Shown here piece after piece: positions 1-7,704 of a stretch of DNA of 40,095 nt (positions within the stretch are counted from its first letter, which is position 1; each line of letters begins with the position of its first letter). The notes beneath the pieces are model-generated. The model ran no database searches and was not told where the DNA came from. It worked only from the letters and a program-made list of their open reading frames with translations. This stretch comes from a virus (taxonomy: Duplodnaviria; Caudoviricetes): IMG/VR virus record IMGVR_UViG_3300008255_000229, positions 1-40,095 of that record. The stretch is one strand, 5' to 3'. A program made the position numbers and the translations under genes.

Positions 1-211
1 ATCTGTCTACGAGAACATGCCGATGGACACGACCAAGCCGCCCCACGAATGGGCGACGGTCTACCGCGTGATCACCGGGGCCTGCCAAATGGGAACGGAA
101 GACTTCATTAAGCAACACGGCGCCCTCAAGGAGGCCTACACCCTTGCGGAAATCATCGAGATTACGCGCGGCGCTTACGGTGCCGAGCGGTTCAGGGACG
201 TGGTTTCCTAG
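1..211 (+). CDS. Phage hypothetical protein, C-terminal part (5'-truncated by the window)
   Basis: Frame is open from base 2; YRVITGAC...YTLAEIIEITRGAYG resembles C-termini of phage hypothetical proteins. Confidence 0.6.
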   Translation, partial: SVYENMPMDTTKPPHEWATVYRVITGACQMGTEDFIKQHGALKEAYTLAEIIEITRGAYGAERFRDVVS

Positions 212-235
212 CGGGGAGACAGTGGAGAGAACGCA

Positions 236-748
236 ATGACCGCCTCAGAAATCCCCCCCATCGCCTTCACCTGGACGGGAAAGCATATGATGCCCCGCGA
301 CCGGCGGGCGGATGATTTCTACGATGAAGGTGTGACGTATGCGCTTGTGCCGTGGCAAGGCCGGTCGATGAAATCACACGATCATCTATTCGCTTGCCTG
401 ACAGAGGCATGGAAGAATCTTCCCGAGGATCAATTCGAGCGGTTCCCAAGCCCCGAGCATTTCAGGAAATATCTGCTTATCAAAAGCGGGCATTATCACC
501 TTGCGGAAAGCGTGTTCGATACCGAGGCCGACGCGGAAAAGTACGCGGCCAGGGTTCGCGGCCTAGACAAATACTGTATCGTCATGGTTTCCGGCGGATC
601 GGTGCGCGAGTACACCGCGCAGTCACAATCCAAGAAAGAGATGGGCCGTAAAGTGTTCCAGGAATCGAAACAAGCATGCCTTGAACTAGCGGCGCAGATG
701 ATCGGCGTCACGGTCAAGGAATTGGCCAAACATGCGGAGGCGGAATGA
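236..748 (+). CDS. Phage protein, possibly NinB/DUF1367-like recombination accessory
   Basis: GGAG RBS upstream; RS..SH..LFA..EAW..LP...FPS.EH.RK pattern; ATGA overlap with next gene. Confidence 0.6.
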   Translation: MTASEIPPIAFTWTGKHMMPRDRRADDFYDEGVTYALVPWQGRSMKSHDHLFACLTEAWKNLPEDQFERFPSPEHFRKYLLIKSGHYHLAESVFDTEADAEKYAARVRGLDKYCIVMVSGGSVREYTAQSQSKKEMGRKVFQESKQACLELAAQMIGVTVKELAKHAEAE

Positions 749-1125
749 CCTATTCTTATCACGAAACGGGCGGCGCACCCCTGAAGTTGTGGGACGGGCA
801 CGGCGCGTTTGAAGGTAGCGCGATGGCCCAACTTCACAATGTCGCAAAGCTACCGTTCATTCACAAGCATGTCGCCGGAATGCCGGATGTGCATTGGGGC
901 ATGGGCGCGACCGTTGGAAGTGTTATCGCCACCAAGGGGGCTATTGTTCCGGCGGCTGTAGGGGTTGACATCGGATGCGGCATGATGGCCGTCAAAACGA
1001 CCGTGGCGCATGGGGCGACACGTTGCCGACTGATGCCGAGAGCCGCTGGAATGCACTCGCCGGTCGCTACGAGGCGATCATCGCCAAGCACCCGAAGGCC
1101 AAGGCGTTCAACACCCACAACCCGC
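745..1125 (+). pseudogene. rtcB: RtcB RNA ligase remnant (internal deletion with frameshift, 3' truncation)
   Basis: MPDVHWGMGATVGSV and PAAVGVDIGCGM are RtcB motifs; homology continues in another frame (NDRGAW...W..L...Y..I..KHP) and stops just before the HLGTLG.GNH motif. Confidence 0.85.
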
Positions 1126-1171
1126 TGTCCGTGTTACTAGGGGCGGTGTTCAGTACACTTTCTGGGCAATC

Positions 1172-1369
1172 ATGAAAGATGCGCCTAGGGAACACATGCA
1201 AAAGGCTTTCATCCAAAGGCGTGAGCAGATTGTCGGAGACTGTGTTCAGTTGTGCACAGACGTAGATGCTTACAACAGTATCCACGAGGACCAACCGCCT
1301 ATTCAGATGCTGTTCGATTTTAGGGACGATATTGAGGAGCGCCGATTCAGCCCCGAAGAGGCTGCTTAG
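1172..1369 (+). pseudogene. C-terminal fragment of a conserved IS-cargo hypothetical protein
   Basis: QRREQIVGDCVQL..DVD.YN motif; begins about 30 bp inside the left IR with no RBS, so likely 5'-truncated. Confidence 0.5.
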
Positions 1370-1596
1370 CTTTTCTTCCACCGCGCCTCGGCGGCAAGTC
1401 TCGCAATGTTCTCTCGTTCTTCCGGTGTCATGGACGCCGCTCGGGCCGTCCCACCTTTCTTGCCGCCTCTCTTCTGTGCAGAAGTATCCACATAGAAGCC
1501 ATCGCATTTTGCCTCATCCGTCGCGATATCAATGATCGCTTTAGCGAGTTGGTTGGGATCGCGGGGGCGCTTTTCGCCTTTACGGCTTTTGGGCAT
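1366..1596 (-). CDS. Small basic IS-associated protein (KRPRDPNQLAK...GG.ARA..MTPE.R..IA..AA.ARW family)
   Basis: AAGGAAGG RBS; paralog at 29511-29747 in the same position relative to the IS end. Confidence 0.75.
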   Translation of the reverse strand: MPKSRKGEKRPRDPNQLAKAIIDIATDEAKCDGFYVDTSAQKRGGKKGGTARAASMTPEERENIARLAAEARWKKS

Positions 1597-1849
1597 GGAA
1601 CCTTCCTTGGGTAACTATCCAGGTAGCTAACATACCATAGATACCATCGCCGCGCAGAAGCCAGTCAAGCCCATCAAATTTCAAACTGAGACACTACCTC
1701 CTATTAACATTCTTTGTCTGGCGTGTTATTATTTGCTTGATTAAGGCCCGGCCATTGTTTGGCGAAAGTGCCCCTGGGCACCTCTGTATGGATAGCTGAA
1801 TTGCTGGTCGGATTCTCCGTGTGCCGCCGAGGCGGCTGGAAGGGATACT

Positions 1850-2185
1850 ATGTCTGGAATCTCCAAAATCGAATATCGCGTTCGCCCCGTCACCCGCTAT
1901 GTGGTGACACGGCTCCATCGGTCAGACGACGGGCGGCAAGGAGGCGTGGAAACCAAGGGCGAGTACGATAATGAAAGTATTGCGTTTGAGGTTGGATACG
2001 CCCTTTGTCGGCAGGAACACAACTTTCTCGGATTTCCCTTGGACGATGAACGGATAGTGTACCCGCAAATGGCCAGTCCGCCGCCCGGAGGTGCCGTAAA
2101 TCACGCGTCGGATTGCGTTATCAACAACGCCCCCGCGTTTGAGCCAGGGGAGTGCGATTGCGGCTTTGGCCTAACCAGCAGATAA
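1850..2185 (+). CDS. Hypothetical protein with C-terminal H..DC....P...G.CDCG motif
   Basis: GAAGGG RBS; 111 aa; Cys/His-rich tail. Confidence 0.65.
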   Translation: MSGISKIEYRVRPVTRYVVTRLHRSDDGRQGGVETKGEYDNESIAFEVGYALCRQEHNFLGFPLDDERIVYPQMASPPPGGAVNHASDCVINNAPAFEPGECDCGFGLTSR

Positions 2186-2209
2186 ACCATTTTCCCTCAC
2201 GGCATTCTT

Positions 2210-2218
2210 TGCTATGAT
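2210..2218 (+). promoter_or_regulatory. Extended -10 promoter for the ncRNA
   Basis: TGCTATGAT ends 6 nt before the first base of the 11-bp closing stem at 2225. Confidence 0.5.
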
Positions 2219-2224
2219 GGGGCG

Positions 2225-2375
2225 TCATCCGATGGCGGCGTGGAAAGCAGACACGCGGCCAGACGTGGCGGGGCGGAGAGTCCGTGGGTAAGCGGGTCCG
2301 TTGCGAAAACAGAAGTGTCATGCCGGTTCGAATCCGGCCTTCCCCAGCCGGAGTAGCGCCCGGCCCATCGGATGA
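2225..2375 (+). ncRNA. Structured tRNA-like RNA with a nested 77-nt tRNA-like insert (2270-2346)
   Basis: Perfect 11-bp closing stem TCATCCGATGG/CCATCGGATGA; hairpins GCGTG..CACGC and GCCGG..CCGGC; inner canonical T-arm GCCGG-TTCGAAT-CCGGC. Confidence 0.65.
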
Positions 2376-2415
2376 TTTAATTAGGGTTGAGTCCCACGAC
2401 TGACGATAGATCGGA

Positions 2416-3069
2416 ATGGTCATAAGTGACGCCCCGCCAAATGGTAGGGCTGATATCGAAATCCGGGGACGCCCGGCACCCCAAAAAACTCGAAAAAACA
2501 ACGAATTATCGGTTGTTTCTGGCTCTGGGGCGGCACCCCCCGCACAGCTAGCGTTGGACCTTGAAATCCAAATGGAGAAGGATGTCAACGGCATCGAGAT
2601 GGGTGTCCTTGAAAACGGCATCCCCTATCTCACGCAGCGTGGACTGGCGACGATGGCCGGCGCGGCCCGCTCGACGATTTTTGAGATTACCCGCGAGTGG
2701 GAAGAAGGGTTTAACGACCCAATCACCCCCAATACGCGATTGGGGTTCTTCAAGGACTATCTGTTCCGGAACAATTACACTGAACCGCAGCTCTATCTGG
2801 TAATCGAAAAGGACGGCTCACCCCACTACGCCTACCCCGACATCGTCTGCACGGCAGTTGTTGAGTTTTTCGCTTTTGAGGCTCAGCGGACGAACGAGAC
2901 GGCGTTGGCAAATTTCAGACGCCTAGCCGGGTACGGACTCCAGCGGTTCATCTATGACGCGCTCGGCTATGTGCCAGAGGACAAGTGGAAACATTTCAAC
3001 GACCGCGTTTCGATTCTCAAAGACAGTTCACCTGACGGCTATTTCATCGTCTTCAACGAGATCACCGGC
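2416..3069 (+). pseudogene. bstA: BstA-like abortive infection protein, N-terminal part (broken at about 3070)
   Basis: GIEMGVLENGIPYLTQRGLA, HYAYPDIVC.AVVEFFAF, FIY..LGY and GYF.VF.E motifs; similarity ends at FNEITG and the ORF runs into unrelated sequence to 3102. Confidence 0.8.
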
Positions 3070-3127
3070 TATAGGTATATAGGCCCCCTCTTTTGGGATT
3101 GAGTGCAGTTTATGGTGAAGTGACAAA

Positions 3128-3388
3128 ATGAGACTTTGGATGGAATTCCTGAACGACATGGCCGTTCTCAACATCGAGGACGCGGGTGCGCGTGTCGAGG
3201 TTCGCGGCCATCCTGCCGTGGGGAGCGTTTACGAGGGGAGTCACCTTGACCGCATTCTCGCGGGCCTTTCATTGGGGCATCAGACCGGAACGGATGAATT
3301 TTCGTTTTTGCGTCAGATGGAGAAATTAAGATTGATTTCATGGACGGCGGCTTTCCATCCTCAATTTGTTTTTCTGGCGTCCCGGTAA
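3128..3388 (+). CDS. Hypothetical protein
   Basis: 86-aa ORF convergent on the lysis cassette; no recognisable motif. Confidence 0.3.
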   Translation: MRLWMEFLNDMAVLNIEDAGARVEVRGHPAVGSVYEGSHLDRILAGLSLGHQTGTDEFSFLRQMEKLRLISWTAAFHPQFVFLASR

Positions 3389-3484
3389 GCATTTGCTGGT
3401 CTAGCGACTTTGCGCGGACCTTGGGCTTGATGTGTGGGGCGAAGAAACTAACTCCGAACGGGCTTTGCCCTAAGTGCTATAGAT

Positions 3485-3679
3485 TCACTCGCACTCCCTA
3501 GCCCACGTCTCGTTGTGTGCCAGGATTTGCCGCACGGTGCCGTCCGTCAGAACATCTAATTTGCTGATGTAGATGGGCTTTACCCAGGCACATGCGCCGT
3601 TAATCTCTTGACCAACGTTCGCGCAGCCGCTTAACAGCATCATCGCCGCCAGAGCGGGCAATCTCGTTTTCCACTTCAT
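3485..3679 (-). CDS. o-spanin (Rz1-like lipoprotein)
   Basis: Lipobox MLLSGC; C.W.KPI..S..D.LT..T.RQI.AHN..W..C pattern; overlaps the i-spanin 3' end. Confidence 0.8.
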   Translation of the reverse strand: MKWKTRLPALAAMMLLSGCANVGQEINGACAWVKPIYISKLDVLTDGTVRQILAHNETWARECE

Positions 3680-3845
3680 TTCGCGTCTCCACTGATTTCA
3701 GGGTGCGCCGCATGGCGTCAACACGTTCCGCGTTCCGGCCCGCCGACTTGGCCCCGGCCAGGACGGCCAGCACAGCGCCGACGATAGCAAGCCCGCCCAT
3801 GATTTTCAGGCCGATGCCGGAGAATAGCTTTGTGAGTATCCACAT
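3600..3845 (-). CDS. i-spanin (Rz-like)
   Basis: Start at 3845 (TAATG overlap with endolysin stop); N-terminal TM helix then coiled coil ending L..RWSRD. Confidence 0.75.
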   Translation of the reverse strand: MWILTKLFSGIGLKIMGGLAIVGAVLAVLAGAKSAGRNAERVDAMRRTLKSVETRNEVENEIARSGGDDAVKRLRERWSRD

Positions 3846-4468
3846 TACCGAAGGCCCTTGTTGCGGTCGTCGATCCGCGCCCAAATGGTCAGGGCAATGC
3901 CACCAACCGTCAAGGCGATGAACGCCCACTTGAACATTTCCGAGTAGTCAGCCAGGACGGACACTTGCGCGGCAGCCTCGGAAAGAGCGGACCCGGCAAC
4001 GCCAAGGCTCGCAATCTGCCCGCCTTTGATGGTCCGGCTTTCCTGCAAGGACCGTTCCGGCGGTTCAATCCCGGCCAACGCCAACCCCTTTACGATTTGC
4101 GTGTCCGTATACGGCTGAACGCCATTTTCATGCAGGATGATAGATTCCACCAATTCCCGCATGGTCGCATATTCGTGGACGTTGATTTCATCGTCGGGGG
4201 CAACGGCGATCCTCTTGGCAACGTGATTGACGTAAGCATCCGTGTCGTTTTCAGTCGATGGAGCCCACCGCGAGACTGCGCCCCGGGCAGTACGAATGCC
4301 ATGCTTATCCTGATAGGTGATAAGCGTCCGCGCAATGGCCCGAATACCCCACGTCGGGGATTTGAACCGGGCAAAGCGCCCATCGCTTGACGGGGAATCA
4401 AGCCCCTGCCACGGCGGGCCTGCCTCGATGTTTCCTGGATTGTGGTTCCGGATTCCGCGTGTTGACAT
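3845..4468 (-). CDS. Endolysin (lysozyme-like, RGIRNHNPGNI type) with C-terminal membrane segments
   Basis: RGIRNHNPGNI, WAP..ENDT.AY and I..HENG motifs; hydrophobic C-terminus; directly upstream of the spanins. Confidence 0.8.
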   Translation of the reverse strand: MSTRGIRNHNPGNIEAGPPWQGLDSPSSDGRFARFKSPTWGIRAIARTLITYQDKHGIRTARGAVSRWAPSTENDTDAYVNHVAKRIAVAPDDEINVHEYATMRELVESIILHENGVQPYTDTQIVKGLALAGIEPPERSLQESRTIKGGQIASLGVAGSALSEAAAQVSVLADYSEMFKWAFIALTVGGIALTIWARIDDRNKGLR

Positions 4469-4477
4469 GGTTTACCC

Positions 4478-4921
4478 CTACATCCCGCAAGCCGTGACTG
4501 ACATATATGTGATCGGCCCTAAATTCATAACCGCAAACGGGTTTTCGTGGCCCCTGGCGCGCAGAAACGCAATCTGGGCCTGATAGGCCTCCCGTTCCAA
4601 ATCCCCGCTGCATTTGCGCTGGAAATCGCCCCTGATGGCCTGTACGTGATGGACGTATTCATGGATCAGGACGCTTTGCCGGTAATCCGTCCACGTCTTG
4701 GGGTCGTCGCTCCAATCTTCCGGGAGATACATGACCCTGGCCTTGTGGTCATAGACCGCGACGATATCACCGCATGTCTCGGCATTCTCGCCACATGCGA
4801 GGAATTGCATTTCGCCTCGGGACGCCTTCATTACATCCGGGGCCATGCCGGGGAAATTGATGCCCGCGCATCCGGTCAGGACGAAGAGGAAGGTGCAGAT
4901 TGCGAGAACCGTGCGCATCAT
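4478..4921 (-). CDS. Lipoprotein with HExxH zincin-like motif (DUF6647-like)
   Basis: Start 4921 (ATGA overlap); lipobox VLTGC; SVLIHEYVHHVQ and LE.EAY..Q. Confidence 0.7.
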   Translation of the reverse strand: MMRTVLAICTFLFVLTGCAGINFPGMAPDVMKASRGEMQFLACGENAETCGDIVAVYDHKARVMYLPEDWSDDPKTWTDYRQSVLIHEYVHHVQAIRGDFQRKCSGDLEREAYQAQIAFLRARGHENPFAVMNLGPITYMSVTACGM

Positions 4922-5382
4922 GTTCCCATCCCCAGAACCGCAATTGCTATGCCCACCCAGGCCGCTTCCCATGCCTCGCAAATGTGCGCGGTGTATTGAA
5001 TGTGAAGCTTCCGGCGGAACGGAACCTGTCCCACATTGGCGATAACGCACATGACGGCGGATAGAATGAACACTGGCCCTACGTCCATTCCAAGAACCAT
5101 TGCCAGGAAGCCGAGCAGAACAACCCCCACGGCGGGCCAGGAGCGCCGTAGCATGGGCATGTACTGATCCCAGCCCTTATAGGCCCGGACAATGCACCAC
5201 GTCGCCAGCGCCCCTTGCAAGGCTCCGTACACCATGGTTTCAAGCGGCGCATAAATGCCAAAGGCCAAGGCCCCGAGCAATGGGCCGATTACCCACCCGG
5301 CGGCTTCCGAATAAGGATACCCACGGCCATCGTAGAACCGCCATGCGACCATGATTGAGGCCACCGCCAGAAAATATGTCAT
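4918..5382 (-). CDS. Multi-pass membrane protein
   Basis: Several hydrophobic helices; coupled to neighbours by ATGA overlaps. Confidence 0.65.
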   Translation of the reverse strand: MTYFLAVASIMVAWRFYDGRGYPYSEAAGWVIGPLLGALAFGIYAPLETMVYGALQGALATWCIVRAYKGWDQYMPMLRRSWPAVGVVLLGFLAMVLGMDVGPVFILSAVMCVIANVGQVPFRRKLHIQYTAHICEAWEAAWVGIAIAVLGMGT

Positions 5383-5756
5383 TCGCCCACTCCTGGAATT
5401 TGCAGTTTGACGCCGAGCAATACGGCAAGGCCGAGCAGAAGCCCGACAATGAGAACCCTGGTCAGCATTCCGAACAGGGTTTTGGTTCCAATCGACATGA
5501 AGCTATCGCACATCTTTCGCAGCCTATCGGCGTGGTTGATCGTCTTGCGCAATTCGTCCCGCTGGCCCTTGTCCGATCCGTCATAGGGTGTCAGATCAAA
5601 AAGCCGTTGCAACGCGATTTCGGCCCCACGTTCGCCCCCAATACGCCCGGCCTCATCGGCGACTGCCTTGAGCCGGTCGAACATCTGCCGCATTTCTGCA
5701 TTCCGACGGCGCTCGCCGTCGTCACCTGAGCACCCATTTCCCGTCATCTGATGCAT
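5379..5756 (-). CDS. Phage protein with C-terminal TM helix (holin/antiholin candidate)
   Basis: GAGG RBS; charged N-terminus and one C-terminal TM; sits in the lysis-proximal region. Confidence 0.6.
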   Translation of the reverse strand: MHQMTGNGCSGDDGERRRNAEMRQMFDRLKAVADEAGRIGGERGAEIALQRLFDLTPYDGSDKGQRDELRKTINHADRLRKMCDSFMSIGTKTLFGMLTRVLIVGLLLGLAVLLGVKLQIPGVGE

Positions 5757-5821
5757 ATCCTCGTAAAGCAGTTAGACCAAAGGGACCACCTGGAACCAGT
5801 GAGCCCGCGTATCTTGTCTGC

Positions 5822-6344
5822 TCAAGCCGAGGATACCCGGATTGGTTGGCCGACGAAGAACCCGTTAATGCGGGACAAAACAGAAGCATCGTCCCGCACG
5901 AAAACGCCGCGCCGGTAGTGATACCAGTCCCGGCCAATGACAACCCCATACCCCCCCGCCCCAATGAACGCTTGATAGATTGATGTTTTGACATCATCTG
6001 GTTCTTTCCTCACCAGAGCCGCGAGAGGCTGCCCGTCTGATCCAAAAAACCCAGGCACAGAAGAACCCGGCGGCGAGCGATATTGCCATGCCGTATCCGC
6101 TTGGGATAATCCTGTCGAAAGCAGCCAGCCCCAGAACATAGACCAAAAGCGCGACCATAGCCGCCTTGTCCGCTGGGCGGTTTTTGAAAGCAAAGGAAAA
6201 ACCAGCGAGGATGCCGAGAACATCATGCCATTGGTCCAGTGTCGCCCAGGCACCTATGCTTGCGGCATTCTGGAAAAGGCCGTATGCCGACACGCCCAGA
6301 AAATAGGCAATGACAAACCATAGAGGCCTGAACCAAAAAATCAC
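5822..6344 (-). CDS. Membrane protein (5994-6344) with a probable frameshifted soluble C-terminus (to 5822)
   Basis: Multi-TM ORF 5994-6344; overlapping frame continues with protein-like GGYGVVIGRDWYHYRRG. Confidence 0.45.
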
Positions 6345-6463
6345 TTGCCGCCCTTTTTCCTCATGCTATCCGGGCGCGGAAGGCCCGCCGTTTTCGTGCC
6401 CTGAACGGGCTGGGGCTTGCTCGTCGGGTGGACGATGTTTCCATTCGGTTTGGTGGTAGCCAT
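6341..6463 (-). CDS. 40-aa basic Pro/Lys-rich peptide (not in ORF track)
   Basis: AAGGA RBS; MATTKPNGNIVHPTSKPQPVQGTKTAGLPRPDSMRKKGGK; GTGA overlap with next gene. Confidence 0.5.
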   Translation of the reverse strand: MATTKPNGNIVHPTSKPQPVQGTKTAGLPRPDSMRKKGGK

Positions 6464-6520
6464 TTTCGATATCCTTTCGATTACAACCATATTGCTAGAA
6501 TTAATCATGGTTATTAACTG

Positions 6521-7153
6521 TTACGATGCACACAGCGCATTCCCCGCCGTGATGCCTGCTGGCGTCTGTGCCCATGAATCAGGATCAAATTTAATGGTGG
6601 CAGGGCCGTCGGAAGCGCCTGTTTGGTCGGAAACAGTTGGGAACCATGTCCCTACGCCGGAATTCGGCAAACCTTCGGTCGCGATCAGAGAGCCCTGGTG
6701 ATAAAATAAAATTTCGTCAGTGGAGTTCCTGACGTATACACCAAAAACATCCCCGGTTGCCCCCGTGAAACTGCCGGAACTTCCCGTCTGGCCCTCAGAA
6801 TAAAACTGCCATCCCGTCGTGTTCCAGACAATGCCGCAGCAATAGTCGCCCAGCGAGGCCGTATTGAAATCGACGCTTGTCGAAACAGCCGCCACCGCAA
6901 CACCAACACCCGTTCTATCGGACGGGCTTGTGTTGAAAACCAACTCGAAATAATAATCCTTCGTCGCGCTGCCATGCGTGGCGCGGCACAACCCATTGTT
7001 CACGCCGCTATGCGAAAACGTCAAATCGCCACCAGATAGAGTGAAATCCGCTCCCTTGTCTGACGGGTTTAGGGTCGGGAAGGTGTTGCACAATCCATCT
7101 TCCCCGGAACAGAACCCTATGTGCTGAGTGAGCACAAACATCAGGACGGCCAC
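6521..7153 (-). CDS. Tail fibre-associated protein with SPRY/B30.2-like lectin domain
   Basis: TLNPSDK....LS.G.LT, YYFE, GDV.GV and FY..G patterns typical of SPRY-like receptor-binding domains. Confidence 0.65.
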   Translation of the reverse strand: MAVLMFVLTQHIGFCSGEDGLCNTFPTLNPSDKGADFTLSGGDLTFSHSGVNNGLCRATHGSATKDYYFELVFNTSPSDRTGVGVAVAAVSTSVDFNTASLGDYCCGIVWNTTGWQFYSEGQTGSSGSFTGATGDVFGVYVRNSTDEILFYHQGSLIATEGLPNSGVGTWFPTVSDQTGASDGPATIKFDPDSWAQTPAGITAGNALCAS

Positions 7154-7704
7154 CCGCTTTCGTGGTCAACGGCCAGAACCTCATCTGCCGTTGTTGCGTC
7201 ATCGACAGCCTTATCAAGAATGCGGCTGTTTTTTATGAGGGCCGCTGACGACGCAAGAAGGGACGACCGTTTAGAAAGGATGATCGCCGCAAGGTCCGCA
7301 ACAGTTTCGCCATCCCTTGTCATGGCACCAAGGTATGCATCCGCCCATGTCGCTTCATAATCCTGCGCGGCCTTCAATTGTTCGTGCCATGTTTCCCGGC
7401 CTGTTGGGGAATATTTAGAGACAAGAGGGGCGGCCCTTTTCTCGAATTCCGCCAATATCAGTTTCCGTTTGGCGTTCTTGATCGCATTCAGTGGAATATT
7501 ATCAATAGTATAAGGGACCTCGGTCGCATCAACCGCGATGGACTGGCCCTGCGTCCTTTTTTGTTTTGTCGGATTGAACGCGGGGGGGTTATCCGGAATC
7601 CACTTGACGCCCTTTGCGCTCGAAAGAGTCGGGGGCGAGCCGGCAAAATTCTTGCGCTTTATGACGGGTCCAGGGGATACCGTGCTGATAAGAGCGTACA
7701 TCAT
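7141..7704 (-). CDS. Tail fibre assembly/chaperone-like protein
   Basis: Y...RETW..Q..AA..Y and A.T..EV.A..W motifs; follows the tail fibre gene. Confidence 0.6.
   Translation of the reverse strand: MMYALISTVSPGPVIKRKNFAGSPPTLSSAKGVKWIPDNPPAFNPTKQKRTQGQSIAVDATEVPYTIDNIPLNAIKNAKRKLILAEFEKRAAPLVSKYSPTGRETWHEQLKAAQDYEATWADAYLGAMTRDGETVADLAAIILSKRSSLLASSAALIKNSRILDKAVDDATTADEVLAVDHESGWPS

Larger units (their letters stand above)
1142..1698. mobile_element. Internally deleted IS1-family-like cargo element, no transposase
   Basis: Left end GGCGGTGTTCAGT and right end (rc) GGTAGTGTCTCAGT form an imperfect terminal inverted repeat; right end is identical to 29418-29438; IS family is recalled, not searched. 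Confidence 0.65.

Noticed and set aside
2270-2346. Functional tRNA-Ser(CGA)
   Set aside because: Poor D-arm, mismatches in acceptor and anticodon stems, G at position 33 and no long variable arm; kept only as part of the ncRNA.
6501-6517. CtrA box
   Set aside because: TTAA half-sites are 9 bp apart rather than 7.
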